A stretch of 64,000 nt of DNA, from NCBI RefSeq assembly GCF_009914755.1, contig NC_060943.1; one strand, 5' to 3'. This DNA is from the human T2T-CHM13v2.0 reference genome, Homo sapiens. The position numbers and the translations under genes are program-made. Below the pieces are notes generated by a model. It did no database searches, was not told the origin of the DNA, and worked only from the letters and a program-made list of their open reading frames with translations. Of the stretch, positions 60,727 through 64,000 are shown piece by piece (the stretch's first letter is position 1; each line of letters starts with the position of its first letter).

Positions 60727-61037
60727 TTATCACTTACTGCAGCCTTGACCTCCTGTGCTCAAGCAATTCTCCCAAGTAGTTGGGAATACAGACACTTCAC
60801 CCAGCTAATTTTTTAAATTTTTTGTACATACAGGGCCTCATTTTGTGGCCCAGGCTAGTCTAGATCTCCTGGGCTCAAGTGATTCTCTCTCCTCAGCCTC
60901 CAGAGTTGTTAGGATTACAGGAGCAAGCCACCACACCCGGCTCTGGGTCATAAATTCTGTCCCCCTCTAACAAGCAAATAACAGACAAAAAAAACCCACA
61001 CTCAGTCACAGAGCGACCTGAGTCTTAGTAGTAGCGT

Positions 61038-61043
61038 TTTAAT
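61038..61043 (-). terminator. MAN2B1: MAN2B1 polyadenylation signal ATTAAA
   Basis: ATTAAA ~85 nt after the stop codon, followed by GT/T-rich downstream sequence. Confidence 0.75.
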
Positions 61044-61126
61044 GGCAGCAGCCCCAAGAGGAGAGTCAGAGTCTGGTCTGCCCCCGGAGCAGGAGGCTTG
61101 GGCTTGGAGGGCCCATCCCAGCAGAC

Positions 61127-61291
<165 letters not shown>

Positions 61292-61671
61292 TCACCCCAC
61301 GATGCTTCCTCCCCTGGGTCTAGACACAGCTGCATATCCCCGAATCTGTCTCCAGGGCCTCAATCCCAGACTCTTAACCTGCTTCCCCGGCCCCGAATAC
61401 CACCCCCAGGTCCAATGTCCTCATACCCTCAATCTGGCCACTGTCCTCGTACCCTCAATCTGACCCCAGGGGTGATGAACACCCTCCCAGAACTAGACAT
61501 GGATGGGGATTTTCAAATCTTGTTCTTGGGACTAAACAGCACCCACAAACCTCAAGACCCATTCCTGGTTTGCCGCACCCATTTCAGATCCTTTAAGCCC
61601 CTAACCTGGGTCTGGACTCTGCCCCATACCCTCATGACCTTTTTGGGTCCTGGCCAACATCCCATGCCTCA

Positions 61672-62105
<434 letters not shown>

Positions 62106-62606
62106 CTGCGGGAGAGAGGGCGGGGCTGAGTTGGAGAGGGGCGGGGCCTGGATGGAGAAGGGCGGGGCCGAGCCAGGTCAGGAGGCAGGGCTAGGTTGTA
62201 GGGGCGGGGTTTCGCCGGAGAGGGGCAAGGCTCAGCCGAGAGGAGCGGCCAGGGCCGTGACAGGGAGGACTGAGCCAATGGGGAGATGGGTCGGTCCCAA
62301 GCTTAGGGTTCGAGTCCCGATGGAGCAGAACTGATGTGACCTGAGACTTTGGGAGTTACGGCGGGGCTGAAGCCGCGGGGCTGGGTGAGGCAGGACAGAG
62401 CCTGGGGGCGGTGAGGGGGCGGGGCTAAAGTGAAATGGGCGGGGCCGGAGGTGAGTTGGTGGTTTAGGGGCATGAGCTAGGGCTGTGCCTCTACACAGTC
62501 CAGGGGGGTTGGGACTGGGCTGGCACTGGGCGGGGACTGCCCAGGGGATGGGGTTGGCCCGAGGGTTTGGGGCTAATTATGGCCAAATGGATCCCCGCTG
62601 AGCCTA

Positions 62607-62996
<390 letters not shown>

Positions 62997-63119
62997 TCAA
63001 AAGAAATTAAAGGGTGGGAGGAACGGATGAGGATGAAGGTGAGGGTCTGGTAGGGCAACCCCAGCAGAGGCAGGATCCAAGTAGGCATGGGAACCAGGCC
63101 GGAAGGAGGTAAATGCCTA

Positions 63120-63500
<381 letters not shown>

Positions 63501-63642
63501 TCAAAGAGAAGAAAAGAAAGAAACGGAGTCCTCAGCTTAGTGGGGCCTGAAAGCAGAGAACTGGGCCAGAAACAGCCTTCAAGGTCCAGCAGGGGTCCAG
63601 GTTGGGAGGACCCTGGCTCGGATGGGGCTCTGACCCACTCAC

Positions 63643-63723
63643 CATGAGCTCCAGCGAGCCATCTCTCAGGCTGCTGCCCCCCTGGGAGCGGTCAGTCAGC
63701 ACAGTCAGCTGCATGTTTCCATC
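63643..63723 (-). CDS. MAN2B1: MAN2B1 exon 20
   Basis: ctcccag|GATGGA...CTCATG|gtgagt; [27 protein letters not shown], a GH38 motif. Confidence 0.96.
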
Positions 63724-63757
63724 CTGGGAGTTGAAGGGTGAAAGTAGAGGGCAGTCA

Positions 63758-64000
<243 letters not shown>

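Overview
Alu-saturated human DNA at the edge of the 19p13.2 KRAB zinc-finger cluster; the locus was recognised from the protein sequences. It holds most of ZNF490 (- strand, 5 coding exons, the last cut by the window start), all of ZNF791 (+ strand, 576 aa, KRAB plus 17 C2H2 fingers) head-to-head with it on a shared CpG-island promoter, a full-ORF RPL10 retrocopy, and the last six exons of MAN2B1 (- strand). Main observations: (1) ZNF490 coding exon 2 is the first 45 nt of a dead vomeronasal V2R receptor 7TM exon, reusing its splice acceptor in another frame. (2) A canonical KZNF first exon and promoter lies bypassed in ZNF490 intron 2. (3) About 51-59.8 kb is a heavily decayed ~120-bp tandem array with a triplicated higher-order block, retained CpGs and CTCF-like motifs at the KZNF/MAN2B1 boundary. 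(4) The RPL10 retrocopy 5' pyrimidine tract now reads as a splice acceptor in frame with phase-0 MAN2B1 donors. (5) A young SVA_F-like insertion and two templated-looking insertions inside Alus lie in ZNF791 intron 1. Repeat subfamily names come from remembered consensus sequences and repeat boundaries are approximate.
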